64,000 nt of DNA from Malacoraja senta (Eukaryota). Each line of letters begins with the position of its first letter. The first letter of the stretch is position 1. The DNA is taken from positions 1 through 64,000 of the forward strand of contig JAXLNO010000708.1 of the NCBI GenBank assembly GCA_038087875.1, written 5' to 3'. Below are positions 1 to 12,608 of the stretch, in pieces. The position numbers were made by a program, and so were the translations under genes. The notes under the pieces were generated by a model, which did not search any database, had not been told where the DNA came from, and saw only the letters and a program-made list of their open reading frames with translations.

Positions 1-172
1 ATCACTTGTTGTATGTGACGGCTGGTGGGGTGAAAGGTGAGGACTAGGGGGACTCTGCCTTTGTTGTGAGTGGGGGGATGGGGAGAGAGAGCAGTGTTGC
101 GGGGTATGGCAGAGACCCTGGTGCGAGCCTCATCTATGGTGGAGGAGGGGAACCCCCGTTCCCTGAAGAATG
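1..172 (-). mobile_element. Penelope-like element ORF fragment (RT to GIY-YIG linker), runs off window edge
   Basis: Minus strand reads SFFRERGFPSSTIDEARTRVSAIPRNTALSPHPPTHNKGRVPLVLTFHPT; the RG(F/Y)P...VPLVLT(F/Y)HP pattern is typical of Penelope-like elements. Confidence 0.75.
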
Positions 173-862
173 AAAGTAGGCATGCAGGTGCAGCAGGCAG
201 TGAAGAAAGCGAATGGTATGTTAGCATTCATAGCAAAAGGATTGAGTATAGGAGCAGGGAGGTTCGACTGCAGTTGTACAGGGTCTTGGTGAGACCACAC
301 CTGGAGTATTGCGTACAGTTTTGGTCTCCTAATCTGAGGAAGGATATTCTTGCCATAGAGGGAGTACAGAGAAGGTTCACCAGACTGATTCCTGGGATGT
401 CAGGACTTTCATATGAAGAAAGACTGGATAGACTCGGCTTGTACTCGCTAGAATTTAGAAGATTGAGGGGGGATCTTATAGAAACTTACAAGATTCTTAG
501 GGGGTTGGACAGGCTAGATGCAGGAAGATTGTTCCCGATGTTGGGGAAGTCCAGAACAAGGGGTCACAGTTTAAGGATAAGGGGGAAGTCTTTTAGGACC
601 GAGATGAGAAAATCATTTTTCACACAGAGAGTGGTGAATCTGTGGAATTCTCTGCCACAGAAGGTAGTTGAGGCCAGGTCATTGGCTATATTTAAGAGGG
701 AGTTAGATGTGGCCCTTGTGGCTAAAGGGATCAGGGGGTATGGAGAGAAGGCAGGTACAGGGTACTGAGTTGGATGATCAGCCATGATCATATTGAATGA
801 CGGTGCAGGCTCGAAGGGCCGAATGGCCTACTCCTACTCCTGCACCTATTTTCTATGTTTCT
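170..862 (+). mobile_element. CR1 LINE 3' fragment (ORF2 C-terminus and 3' UTR)
   Basis: LYRVLVRPHLEYCVQFWSP...RRLRGDLIETYKI...FFTQRVVNLWNSLP; ends in a TTCTATGTTTCTA tail. Confidence 0.92.
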
Positions 863-1139
863 AACAACCACTGAGGTTCCCTGTGTTGGGGGGGGGGGGG
901 GGGGTGGGCACTAGGATCCAGCACAGGGATGAACACTTATCCACGCACTCATTTATCATTATGATTTGCACGATCTTCTTCAGAGTGTTACCGACTCCAG
1001 CGCAGTTTGTCAAAAACCTTTCACGGGTTCTTAAATGTCATTTCAATAAAAGTAGAAGTTACTAAGAACCGGTGATCCTGAGGATTTCCTCTACCAGTGC
1101 ACAGTAGCCATCTGAATTAGTTGTTTGATGCTTTCCTAG

Positions 1140-1153
1140 CCACTAGAGGGCAC
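1140..1153 (+). promoter_or_regulatory. candidate CTCF binding site
   Basis: CCACTAGAGGGCAC matches the CTCF core consensus, in non-repeat sequence. Confidence 0.5.
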
Positions 1154-1524
1154 TATATCACAGCATACAGATTCCATTAGAACTAATGAAATAGCTTCTG
1201 CAACAACAATTACTTAGAACTAATCACTGAACTATTTGTGTCATGGTTATTTGTGTCATAGTTATTCACTAAAGTAATAAACCACTGTCTTTAAAATAAC
1301 GTGCTTTAACTTGCAAATACTGTAAAATAATTCTGATCTTTTCTTAACGACCAGTCTCCAATTATTTGCTACAAATTGCTTATTTTTTCCCCATTAATTT
1401 AAAATGCTATAAAGGTTGCCTGACAATGTAGCTGACAATCATCTTAAGCCAGTCAGCTCTTGAAATCCTTGAGCCTGTGCTGCTAGTGGCTTGAGCAGGC
1501 ATAAACATGGCTAGTCACACAAAA

Positions 1525-2170
1525 CACAGCACAGTGGCGTAGCTGCTAGAACCACTGCCTCACAGCACCAGACACCCAGGTTCATAAGATCATAAGTGCT
1601 AAGAGCAGAATCAAGTCTACTCTGCCATTCAATCATGGCTGATCTATCCCCATTCTCCTGCCTTCTCCCCATAACCTCTGACGCCTGTACTAATCAAGAA
1701 TCTATCTATCTCTGCCTTAAATATATCCACTGTCTTCGCCCCCACAGCCTTCTGTGGCAAACAATCCCACAGATTTACCACCCTCTGACTAAAGAAATTC
1801 CTCCTCATCTCCTTCCTAAAAGAACGTCCTTTGATTCTGAGGCTATGACCTCTAGTCCTAGACTCTCCCACTATCAGTCCTGAGTCCTGACCTTGGTCGT
1901 TAACACTATTGGTTCGATCCTGAGCTTGGCTGCTGTCAGTGTGTGGTTTGCATGTTCACCCTGTAACTACAAAGGTTTCTTCCGGGTGTTTGAGTTTCTT
2001 TCCCCCATCCCAAAGATGTGTGGATTTGTAGGTTAACAGGCCTCCGTAAATTGCACCCAGTGTGTAGGGAGTGGGTGAATGAAATAGTGGGACAACAGAA
2101 CGAGCATGAATGTGTGAAGTGGACTCAGTGGGCCAGTGGGATTGTATCCATCTTGCATCTTTCATTCAGT
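1525..2170 (+). mobile_element. tRNA-derived V-SINE/HE1-like SINE interrupted by a CR1 3' fragment (1584-1872, minus strand)
   Basis: A-box-like GTGGCGTAGCTG, B-box-like GGTTCGATCC, core GTTTGCATGTTC...CATCCCAAAGA; the insert encodes RNFFSQRVVNLWDCLP on the minus strand. Confidence 0.7.
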
Positions 2171-3187
2171 TCAATCAAAAAGCCAATTACCCCATTGGAT
2201 TGCCTCTTCTTGACTTGCGTCCAAACTCATTGGAGCATGTTATCAACTGACAGCGTGGCTCTCAATATGTTGCCATTGGTACTGAGGGCTGAGCCTTTAT
2301 TTTAGAGCTGACTTCTTTGCGAACAAATAATTATTTCCTGTTTGTGTCACTGCCTCCTAAGATGACATCTTGTTTATGTTGCCATGGTCACTAAAAGCTC
2401 CATGGCATAAAGCATTCTCATAACAATACACAATGCAATTATTTTCAGGTCTGGAATACCGAAACAATGTGAAATGTCAAATCTAAAGTTCATATTTTAC
2501 AACCCAGTTTTTAAGAATATAGGAGTTTCTGGTGGATGGATGGGGCTTGAGGGGGTAAACCTATAATTGCCCCCAATCTATGGGAAAAATAAAGTGAGTG
2601 GCACATATGGAAAGGCTCAATTGTCCACACCATTCCCATCAAATGCCCACACAACAGCACTGAATATGTTGAAACCCAGCAGTTGGAATATGACTAGACT
2701 ACTATGAAAACTCCAGGGAGTTTTTTGCCACCTGCTCCCACAACCTTCCCTTCAGCAGTAACAATTGTTCCTTTGGTCTTCAAGTACCACAGTGGCAGTA
2801 GGGTCACGGGATCAACCTCACAACATAGTTTTTTGACCAACATAGTTTTTCGACCTACATGGTTGAATTATCTGAATTGTGCTGTAGCCAGCCAACGGGC
2901 AAGCAGAATACGACTGGCAAACTGCAGTGCTTGTGTCAGACTGTGCCCTGTAGGGCAGATGTAGAGACCATGCAGGGTAATGTTGCGGGTGCATCTGACC
3001 TCTTGCTCTATCCCTGGACCCACCATTGAATCTGAATCACAATGAGCTGAGCTACGGAGTTGGTATATTTCATATCTCACCCTCAGCTTCATGCCGACCT
3101 GGTGTGGCCACATTCATGTGAACTTCACTGAAAAGCTAAGTGAAAGTTACTGGTTTGTTTCTCTTTACATTAATAATGATTATTTTA

Positions 3188-3415
3188 AAGCCCCTGTCCC
3201 ACTTTCACGACCTAATTGGCGACCTCTGCCGAGTTTGCCCTTGACTCATACTCGCAGCATGGTCGCCACGAGGTCGTAGGAGGTCTTCGTAACTCTTCCT
3301 CATGCTCGTGAGTGGTCGCCGCGTACTCGTGGCCTCAAGTAGGTAGGCATGGAAAAAATTGATACTTTTTACTCGTAGGTAGGTCGTAGTAGGTTGTGAT
3401 GGTAGTCGTAGGTAG
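3188..3415 (+). mobile_element. truncated PIF/Harbinger-type MITE end
   Basis: AGCCCCTGTCCCA terminus after TAA, same as the MITE at 40612; partner end not seen. Confidence 0.5.
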
Positions 3416-3697
3416 GTTCATCTGGCCAGCTAGTAGAGCTGCACTGACCAGGGTTCAATCGTGACCTCTGGTGTTCTTCTGGGTGCTTCGGCTTCCACCC
3501 ACATTTTAAAGATGTACAGGTACGTTGATTGGCCACTGTAAGTAATCCCTGTTAGAATATAGCAGTAGTTAGTGGGAATATGGGGACAATAAGAAGATAG
3601 ACACAAAATGCTGGAGTAACAGGCAGCATCTCTGAAGAGAAGGAATGGGTGACCTTTCGGGACTAGACCCTTCTTCAGTCTTTTATTTTATTGTGTA

Positions 3698-4890
3698 CTA
3701 GATTAAGTGGGACCCGTTGGGTCCCAGGTACACACGGGAGGACTGGTCCCCCAACGCAATATTCCACCTCTCCACCAATTCCAATATTGGTGGCCAGTGG
3801 GGGAGGGGGGGTTCTGGAGCACTAGCATGGGTGCTGTGGGTCAAGTCAAGTCAAGCACAGTGAGTGCAGGGCCAACAATCCATTTCAATCCATTTCATGC
3901 CAAGTCAATTCATTTCAAGTCAAGTCAAGCACAGGGCAGGCGGAGCCAGCCAACAATACAATCCATTTACTTTCATTTCAGATGAGGTCAAGCAAAGCAA
4001 AGGCAAAGCAAAAGCACAGGGCATGCGGGGCCAACCAACAATACAATCCATTTGCTTTCATTTCAGGTGAGGTCAAGCAAAGCAAAGGCAAAGCAAAAGC
4101 AAACGCACAGGGCAGGCAGGGCCAGCCAACAATACAATCCATTTGCTTTCATTTCAGGTGAGCTCAAGCAAAGCAAAGACAAAGCAAAAGCAAAAGCACA
4201 GGGCAGGCCAAACAATTCATTTGATTTCATTAAGGGCTAACAAATCATTTATTGCAAGCACATTAAGGGTTAACAAATCATCATTCATTGCAAGCACACT
4301 GCTGGCTAACAAATCATTTATTGCAAGCACATTAAGGGTTAACAAATCATCATTCATCGCAAGCACATTGCTGGCTAACAAATCATTTATTGCAAGCACA
4401 TTAAGGGTTAAAAAATCATCATTCATTGCAAACACATTGCTGGCTAACAAATCATTTATTGCAAGCACATAAAGTGTTAACCACATAAAGCACATAACCA
4501 CATAAAGCACATAACCACATAAACCTCATAACCACATAAAGCACATAATGGGTAGACTCACAGTTCAGTAGACTCACAGCAGAATCACAGTTGTGGCCTC
4601 TCCCTCGCGATCTTCCAGAGTGACTGACTCATGTCCAGGCATCCGGGGTTTTATAGTCCTGCCCCCCCCACCCCCCGGAAGAGGCGTTACCTTCATCATG
4701 GTGATTGATAGGCGAGAGGACCAATCAGCTGATCTCAAGATTTTTTTAACATTCATAACTTTTTTTTTCATCGATCGGAAAAATCTTCGGGGCTGCCTCA
4801 AATCATAGTGATATATGGTAGAGTTTTTTTCTAAAATCAATATACAGCGCAGACAGGAAGTGGTCAAGATGAGACTTTTAGTTATATAGA
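3698..4890 (-). mobile_element. non-autonomous Helitron
   Basis: Minus strand: A|TCTATATAACTAAAA at the 5' end; 3' hairpin TGGGACCC-AAC-GGGTCCCA then CTAG|T; no TSD; ends shared with 42797-44189. Confidence 0.85.
3840..4550. repeat. tandem repeat arrays inside the Helitron
   Basis: about 90-100 bp GCACAGGGCAGG...AACAATACAATCCATTT units, then 63-bp GCAAGCACATTAAGGGTTAACAAATCATC units, then ACATAA micro-repeats. Confidence 0.85.
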
Positions 4891-4931
4891 TAGTAAATCT
4901 TCAGATTGAACAAAAATCTCACCCCAAAACA

Positions 4932-5128
4932 GAGTCTGAAGAGGGGTCTCGACCCGAAAGATGAGTCTGAAGAAGGGTCTCGACCCGAAAGATGAGTCTG
5001 AAGAAGGGTCTCAACCCGAAATGTCACCCATTCCTTCTCTCCAGAGATGTTGCCTGTCCCGTTGAGTTACTCCAGCATTTTGTGTCTATATTTGGTTTAA
5101 ACTAGCATCTCCAGTTCCTTCCTACACA
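4932..5128 (+). mobile_element. Penelope-type terminal repeat with three tandem hammerhead-like cores
   Basis: 31-bp unit GAGTCTGAAGAAGGGTCTCGACCCGAAAGAT x3, followed by the common ...GAGTTACTCCAGCATTTTGTGTCTA repeat. Confidence 0.65.
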
Positions 5129-6259
5129 TATGGGGACGATAAAATGGGATGTGTGCAGGTGATGATTACTGTTTTTGGAAATATAACAGACCTTGATCCT
5201 GCAAACAATTCATGTTGTCTAGATAGCTATGGAACAGACATCCAAGTAACTCATTAAGGTTGTTGCAATTCAATAGTGCAAGTTACAATAATTTTGAGAC
5301 AGTCATATATTGTGTGTGGCATACTTGAGAAGACCAGGAACCTTTGGATCCATGATTTCCAAAGCTTGCCAATACTGGGAGATTTCCTCAGCGCAGACTT
5401 GTGGACCAACTGACAACATGTCGGCATTCATGATTAGTTAACTCCTTTGATGTTGCACCTTGGTTGCTCTTGGGAAGTTGAGCGCCCTGATTCACTGTAT
5501 GTGAAAAAGGGCAGCAGCACAATGGATGTAGTTGATTGGATTCCATCAAGCATTTTACTGACACCATCCATGCGGCCTTGAGCCTACAATCTCATAGCTC
5601 AGAAATGAGAATATTAGATCCTTTGCAGCTTGTCAGTCATTTTGTCCCTGTTTATCACTGGCTGCAGAATGATTTTGGTGCACAGTACAAGGTAGCAAAT
5701 AGAAAGTTTGAACTTCATGGAGTGTTTTTAAGGTAGTGAAATATACCGTGATGCAACATTAAATTGACTCAGTCAAATTAAAACACATTAAGGGGACAAA
5801 TAATTTGGTTAAACAGAACACTTGTGAATTAGGATCATTGATGTGTGTGTAGTAAAAGGTGAGATAGATGTTTTTCCACTCTCAAAGATGTTATGATTTT
5901 CTGTGAGAGATAATAAATACCATAGTGAATTGCACATCAGAGAAGCACATTTCTTGGCATTTTTTAAGATATGCCCATCAACCCTCTGAAAAGTACACTG
6001 GTGTTGATGAACATTTCCTTTAAGTTTAAGACATTCATTCCTTGTTTACTTAGATGCAAAACAATGGTAATTGTTATTCTCACATTATTTATTTTAAAGT
6101 ATTAACAATTTGGCACAATGAGCAGTACAGAGATACTGAAAGTAAATTTCAATATGACTGATGAGGTCCGTGTGCCATTCATTACCACTCTGAGCTCCAA
6201 CTTTCTACGTCTTTGGTAATATTTAAATAGTGTTCTTTTGCTTGTGAGATGGATGTTAA

Positions 6260-6861
6260 AGGTCTGTCTCACGAATCTGCGGTCATTGGCGGCGAAACGG
6301 GAAGAATCTGCCGCCATAGACCGCGCACTCGTGAGAAAGAACAATTCCCGGGCCGTGCGACGGTGTTCCCAACACCGCGCGGTGCAAAAATAAAATCGAC
6401 AATGTCGAAAACTCTATACTCACCGCACAACCTCCACCAGTGATGCACGAGTGCGCACGGCCGCTCGCACGGGCCGCCGCCAGTGTGGGTCGAGCGCCGT
6501 GCGTCAAACCTCCTCTGCCACAGCCTCCGCCAGTGACGCACGTGCCGCCGCCAGTGAGGCACGTGTGCTGCGCGGCCACAGGCACAGCCATCGCTACAGC
6601 GCCGCGATCAGGATGGCCGCCGCCACAGCCGCCGCTGGTGAGTCACGTGCGGGGGGCCGACGTCATCGCAGTCGGCCCGCCCTTTTTTTACTTACCGCAA
6701 GCACGTGGGACCCGCCGTGTTTGAATTAACTCGGCCCCCGCGCAACATCCGTGCGGCGCTCCGGTGGATAGGCTCGACGCTCTCGCCTTTGCCGCGCGGT
6801 CCTAGCTACCGGCGACGCCGCGCTTCACCGCTGATGACCGCAAACAGGTAAGACACGGCCT
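6260..6861. mobile_element. PIF/Harbinger-type MITE, GC-rich
   Basis: Imperfect TIRs AGGTCTGTCTCAC / GTAAGACACGGCCT; TAA on both flanks; related copy in the opposite orientation at 45879-46921. Confidence 0.75.
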
Positions 6862-8009
6862 TAAGCAACAACCCTTTGCTGAATTGCAATTATGTATGAT
6901 GCCCCGTGTCATTATGTGTCCCCATCAGCAAATCTATAATCAAATATACAATGGTAACCACAGATGCAGTTATTTATTATACCATAAAATATATATTAAT
7001 TATGTGCCTACAATAATTATTAATTCGTGCCTACAAATGAAGAAAAAATAAAATCCTTTTTTTTAAACTTTATCCTTACTTCCTTCAAATGGGTGATTCA
7101 TATCTTCAGAAGGTTCAATATGGTGTGAAAAATATTGCAAAACTGATTGGACTGGCTTCAATTGGCATCCCAACTCAGACATTGAGAGGATGAAAATTGT
7201 CTCCAAAGAGTTTATAAACTGATAAGAACAATGACGTTTGCTTTCGATGTTGTGAATATTTTAAAACAATTTATAGGGGAATTTCCATTATCAACATTTG
7301 GTATCTATAAAGACAGGAAACAAACTATTTAATGTAAATAGTCATCAATCTTGTATTCATTAGAAGCATGGCTTATTAGTTGGCAGAAAGAATGTTTAAC
7401 TGACCTAGATGTCCAATTTACTGGGCAAGTACTGCATGCCAAAGAAGTTGGGGTAATCATTTGTGCTAACATGAAGGAATGCTGGATACCAGGAAGACAT
7501 TATCTTGTCAACCATCTGTGCAACATAGAAAAACACATATGATAGCACTATTAAATTGTAGAAGGTGACTGCAAAATAAATTCTGGTACTTCACTTCCTA
7601 ACTCAAAAGTCTCCTGATTCCACACATAGTGTTAGAAAAGTATCTCCTCCAATACTACTTAATCAAGCTGGTGTCCCTTATAGTCTTTTGTCCAGGTCCT
7701 CATCCAGCAAATATTTTATTTAAAATAGGATATCCATTGGGAAATCCAATCCAATGCATCACCACACGCCCATCTCCATATTCACTGGTCGCTTTATATG
7801 TCATTACATTTAATATTGAATGAATTGACATTTGTCTAAAATATAATTTGCAAAATATATCTCCAGTAAAATGTATCCATTGTTCATTTTAAGAAAGAGT
7901 AAATTGGTGAATTATTATGACTATTGCAGAGGAAATGTAACCAAATAGTTACAGAGTACAAAGAAATTTCAAATACTGAAATTATCTCCATATAATTAAT
8001 AAGCTTATT

Positions 8010-8585
8010 GGCCAGTTATTCACATACAAGGAATTTTCCTTGGTGCTCCACCCACATGTGGCAACATGACTTACAGTGACAGTTAGGAATGACACATAAA
8101 ACATTAATAATAAAACATTATCGATTAAACATGTGAATTAAGTAAAATACCAGAGCAAAAGGAGGCTACAGATTTTTGGTTATTGAGTAGAGCTACTACT
8201 CGTGGAAAAAAAGCTGTTTTTATGTCTGGCTGTGGCAGCTTTGACAGACCGGAGTCGCCTTCCAGAGGGAAGTGCTTCAAAGAGTTTGTGAGAGGGGTCA
8301 GAGATGATTTTACCCGCTCGCATCCTGGCCCTTGCAGTGTACAGTTTATCAATGGAGGGAAGGTTGCAGCCAATAACCTTCTCAGCTGATCGGACGATTC
8401 GCTGCAGCCTCCAGATATCATGCTTGGTGGCTGAGCCAAATCAGACCATGATGGAGAAGGTGTGGACAGACTCTACGATGGCCATATAGAATTGGACCAT
8501 CATTGCCTGTGGCAGATTGTGCTTCCTCAGCTGCCGCAGGAAGTACATCCTCTGTTGTGCCTTTTTGACTGTGGAGTCGATGTTG
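8010..8585 (-). mobile_element. Rex1/Babar-type LINE 3' fragment
   Basis: Minus strand reads QRMYFLRQLRK...FYMAIVES...RLQRIVRSAEKVIG...ALPSGRRLRS...NSFFPRVV, followed by a 3' UTR. Confidence 0.8.
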
Positions 8586-9439
8586 GAATTGATAGATCCC
8601 CTTTGCGAATCTCCTGGGAGTTAAAAACTGTTTTGGAACTGAAGAATTCCGATAAAATTTTATTTTGTTCGTAACTTGTGCCAGAGTATGTGATTAATTA
8701 CAGGATAGACTTCACAAAAGAGAGAGAACATCCTGCCTTTTCAAAATAAGCCACTTTCATGAAAACAGGTGTATCATAATATGGATTTCAATCCATGGAA
8801 ATATGTTCAGACCTGCAGATGTAAAGTATTAAAAGAAAATTAAGTTTCTTTAAAGATTTCCACTTATTCTCCATATGTTGTAGGGGTTCTGTCAAAACAA
8901 TCAAAGCCATGAACAGTTTTCAGCAGCTTTTCCCAAGAAAGACATGCGTGACATTCAAAAATATCAAATTTTGAGGAAAATTAAAATGGCGCAGGGCACT
9001 ACACATTTATTAGGCTCTTGCTTGTTACATACACTAATAATAAAATGGAGTTTTGCAAATTATGTTTGCATATTTAATAAGTTTCCATATTATACCTCAC
9101 TTGTCACAATGCAATTAATGAATTAATTATATGGGAATTATCTTTCAAAATGATTCTTTGTGAAAGTAATGGCATTAGAATTGTTTTAAGTATCTGGAAG
9201 ATGACATTGAGTGAATTAGTTTGAATCTACGATCACCAAAGGAAGAAAGGAAGAAGAGTAAACTTTCAGCATTGCTAGGAACAGAAAAGAAAACTTTCAC
9301 TTTGCTCTAATGTGCAATAGCTGAATTAATGTAAATTTCAAATTTATTGAGTGGAATTGAGAATGAATCACAGCACGGCAAATGGGCCACATAATAAGTT
9401 GCCAATCATTTGGCCTATTTGAGACCACGACTGAATAAA

Positions 9440-9960
9440 TTTGTACAGCGTGGAAAAAAGCCCTTCGGCCCAACTTGGATCTCTACTTGGATTCCATGCG
9501 CTCTAACCTTCCACAGCAGCCTATCATGTGGAACCTTGTCAAATGCCTTGTTGAAATCCGTAAATACAACGTCAACAGCTCTGCCCTCATCAACTTTTTT
9601 GCTCACATCTTCACGTACTAAACCATGCTGACTATCCATAATCAGCTCTTGTCCATCTAAATGCATGTATATGTTATCCCTCAGAATAATCTCTAATAAC
9701 TTTTTGTCCACAGATGCTCACTGGCCTGTAGATTCCAGCCTTTTCCCTGCAGCCCTTCTTGAATAGAGGCACAACACTTGCCACCCTCCAGTCTTCCGGC
9801 ACCTCACCTGTACTTAATGATGACTCGTAAATCTCAGTCAGGGCACCTGCAATTTCCTCTCTAGCTTCCCACAGTGTCCTCGGATATATCTAATCAGGGA
9901 CGGAAAACTTGTCTACCTTCACAGGCGTCAGGACCTTCAATACCTCTTCAACTGTAATAC
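9440..9960 (-). mobile_element. degenerate CR1 ORF2 fragment
   Basis: SQHGLV...KVDEGRAVDVVFTDFNKAFDKVPHDRLL. Confidence 0.8.
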
Positions 9961-10394
9961 TGACTGTTTATATATATAAGTAGACTGAATGTTTATATAT
10001 AGTGACTGCCCAGCCCATTAAGAGACGAGTGGACAATTACCTGTAAAAGATGAGTTTGTATGGGACCTAAATTCTGCCATTATTTTTCCAAAAGCAAATT
10101 AGAAGCAAGTTTTTTTTTAAGATAGGATTTCTGGATTTTGATCTCTGTAGTTTTACCATTGTGTTCCTGACTCAGCTCACCTCTTGATCATGCCTTTTGA
10201 CAGCTTATCAAGAACACTCTTGGCCAGCACCCTCTTCCTATTCTCCGTTACTTGACATTATCCAAAACATTGCGCTGACCATTTTGGCATTGTCCGTATC
10301 CTGTTAATGAATTGTAAAATTCTTCATGCTTGCTAATCCTTCAGGGTGCTATCCCTCATTATCTATATTGTCTCTTCTAGGTTGGCAATCGTTG

Positions 10395-11385
10395 CCACTC
10401 CATGTCCACTGTTGCTTGCCATATATATTAATGATTTAGATGGGAATGTAGGTTTCATGAGTAGTATGTTTGCCGTTAACATCAAAATTTGTGGTATAGT
10501 GGACAGTGAAGAAGGTTGGGTGAGTGGTGACAGGATATTGATCAACTGGAACAGTGGCTAAAGAAATGGCCGATGTAATATAACATATATTATAACATAT
10601 AATATAACAAAGTGATGCATTATTGTAGGTCAAATCAGGGAAGCACATAAACTGTGAATAGGACCCTGTGAGTGTTGTTGAATGGACAGACCAAGGGTAC
10701 AAGTACATGGTTTCATGAATGTGTGGCACAATTAGACAGGGTGGTGAAGAAGGCATATGGTGTGCTTGTCTTTGTTGGCCATGGTGTAAAGTACAAACGT
10801 TGCGATGTCAAGTTATATTTGTGCAAAACTTTAGTTAGACTGCACTTGAATATTATCTGTAGTCTGGTCACTGACTCCAGGGAGGATATGATTAAACTAG
10901 AGAAGGTGCAGAAAAAAATCATAAGGAAGTTGCCTGGTCTGGAAGGCTTCAGTTTAGTTTAGTTTAGTTTTGTTTAGAGATACAGCATGGAAACAGGCCC
11001 TACGGCCCACTGAATCCATGTCGACTAACAATCACCAGTACACAAGCTCTATTCCACACATTAGGGTCAATTTACAAAAGCCAGTTAACCTACAAACCTT
11101 AGAATGGGGAAGGAAAGCAGAGCACCTGGAGTGAATCCGCACAGTCACAGGGAGAACATACAAACTGCGTACAGACAGCACCCATGGATAGTCAGGAACG
11201 AACCCAGTCTCTGGCACTGTAAGGCAGCAGTTCTATCGCTGCCCACTGTGCCACTCCTGAGAGATTCGATAGGCTGACACTGTTTTCCATGGAGACTGAG
11301 AGGTTTATAAATTATAGAGGATTATAAAACAATGAAGTCACTGATAGGGTAGATAGTCACAATCTTTTTCCCAGGGTAGCGGAAT
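10395..11385 (+). mobile_element. old CR1 RT fragment interrupted by a V-SINE-like element (about 10955-11255, minus strand)
   Basis: IYINDLD...VVKKAYGVL...LVRLHL; the SINE has a (TTTAG)n tail and the same core as 45020-45290. Confidence 0.7.
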
Positions 11386-11589
11386 CTGAAACGGAATCAG
11401 CAAGTCAAGTCAAGTCCGGTCAAGTTTATTGAATTTATGAGATAAAGGTACAATGAAAATCTTGTATGCAGCAACATCATAGGCACATAGATATGGAAAA
11501 TGCACAAAAGTATAAATGATATATAGATTACACATAAATCCTACTGATTGATTCAAGAACCTGATAGTTGCAGGAAAGTAACTGAGTAT

Positions 11590-12430
11590 CCTGGATATTA
11601 GATGGCTCAACTAGATAGTATGGAGGACTGTGCCCATGATGGACCAGAAGGTAGACAAAAATGCTGGAGAAACTCAGCGGGTGAGGCAGCATCTATGGAG
11701 CGAAGGAATAGGTGACGTTTCGGGTCGAGACCCTTCTTCAGTCTGAAGAAGGGTCTCGTCCCGAAACGTCACCTATTCCTTCGCTCCATAGATGCTGCCT
11801 CACCCACTGAGTTTCTCCAGCATTTTTGTCTACCTTCAATTTTTCCAGCATCTGCTGTTCTTTCTTAAACACCATGATGGACCAGGTTAACTTCACAACA
11901 CTCTGCAGCCTCTTGCATTCCTGTGCATTGTCATACGAAGCCATGATGCAATCAGTCAGGATATTTTCAACAGTGTATCTGTGAAAGTTTGTTTGAATAT
12001 TCGGCAACATTCGGTTTACACTTCTAAGAAAATAGACACATTGGCACGCCTTTATTGTGATTACATCCATGTGCTGAGCCCAAGGCAGCTATATGAGATG
12101 TTAACACCCACGAATTGGAAACTGCAAACTCTCCCCATCAGCAACCCATCAATGTAAACTAGCAGGTGGTCTTCCAGCATTCTCTTTCTTAAATCAAGTT
12201 AGCTCTTTGGTTTTGTTAATGTTGAGCGAGTGGTTGTTGTTGTGGCTCCACTCCACCCAGTGTTCTGTCTCTCCTGTTTGCTGGCTCATCAGCACCCATG
12301 ATTTGGCCAACAACAGTGAATTTATGGATAACTTGGAGCTCTGCATAGCCACACAGTTGTTGAAGTAAAAAGAGTAAAGCAAAGGTCTAAGCATGCAGCC
12401 TTGAGCTCCACCTGTGTTGATGGTCAGTGA
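11590..12430 (-). mobile_element. degenerate Rex1-type LINE fragment
   Basis: LLYSFY...NNHSLNINKTKEL and KACQCVYFLR...FHRYTVENILTDCI. Confidence 0.65.
11648..11871. mobile_element. palindromic Penelope-derived mini-insertion with 14-bp TSD
   Basis: Near-perfect 191-bp palindrome 11647-11837 centred on 11742; CCATGATGGACCAG repeated at 11634-11647 and 11872-11885. Confidence 0.8.
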
Positions 12431-12608
12431 GGATAAAATGTTTACGATAAGAGCATAGGTTTTGAGTGAGAGGGGAAAGATTTAAAGAGGATCTGATGGG
12501 CAGGTTTTTCCACAGAGGATTGTAGTTATATCGAAGTGGCAGAAGCAGGTACAAATAAAACATTTAAAATAACATTTCGACAGGTACATGAATGGGAAAG
12601 GTTTAGAG

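Noticed and set aside
4143..4510. Repetitive ORFs (NKSFIASTL)n and regularly spaced repeats resembling a CRISPR array
   Set aside because: Tandem repeats inside a Helitron with no unique spacers; eukaryotic context and no cas genes.
5971..6066. 96-nt ATG...ATG|GTAA segment, the size expected for a G-protein gamma (GNGT1/GNG11) first coding exon, neighbours of BET1 in mammals
   Set aside because: Translation MPINPLKSTLVLMNISFKFKTF... lacks G-gamma motifs, and no second exon (DPL...NPF...CaaX) was found.
6249..6729. Overlapping GC-rich ORFs or a CpG-island promoter
   Set aside because: Lie within a TIR-bounded MITE that has a second copy at 45879-46921.
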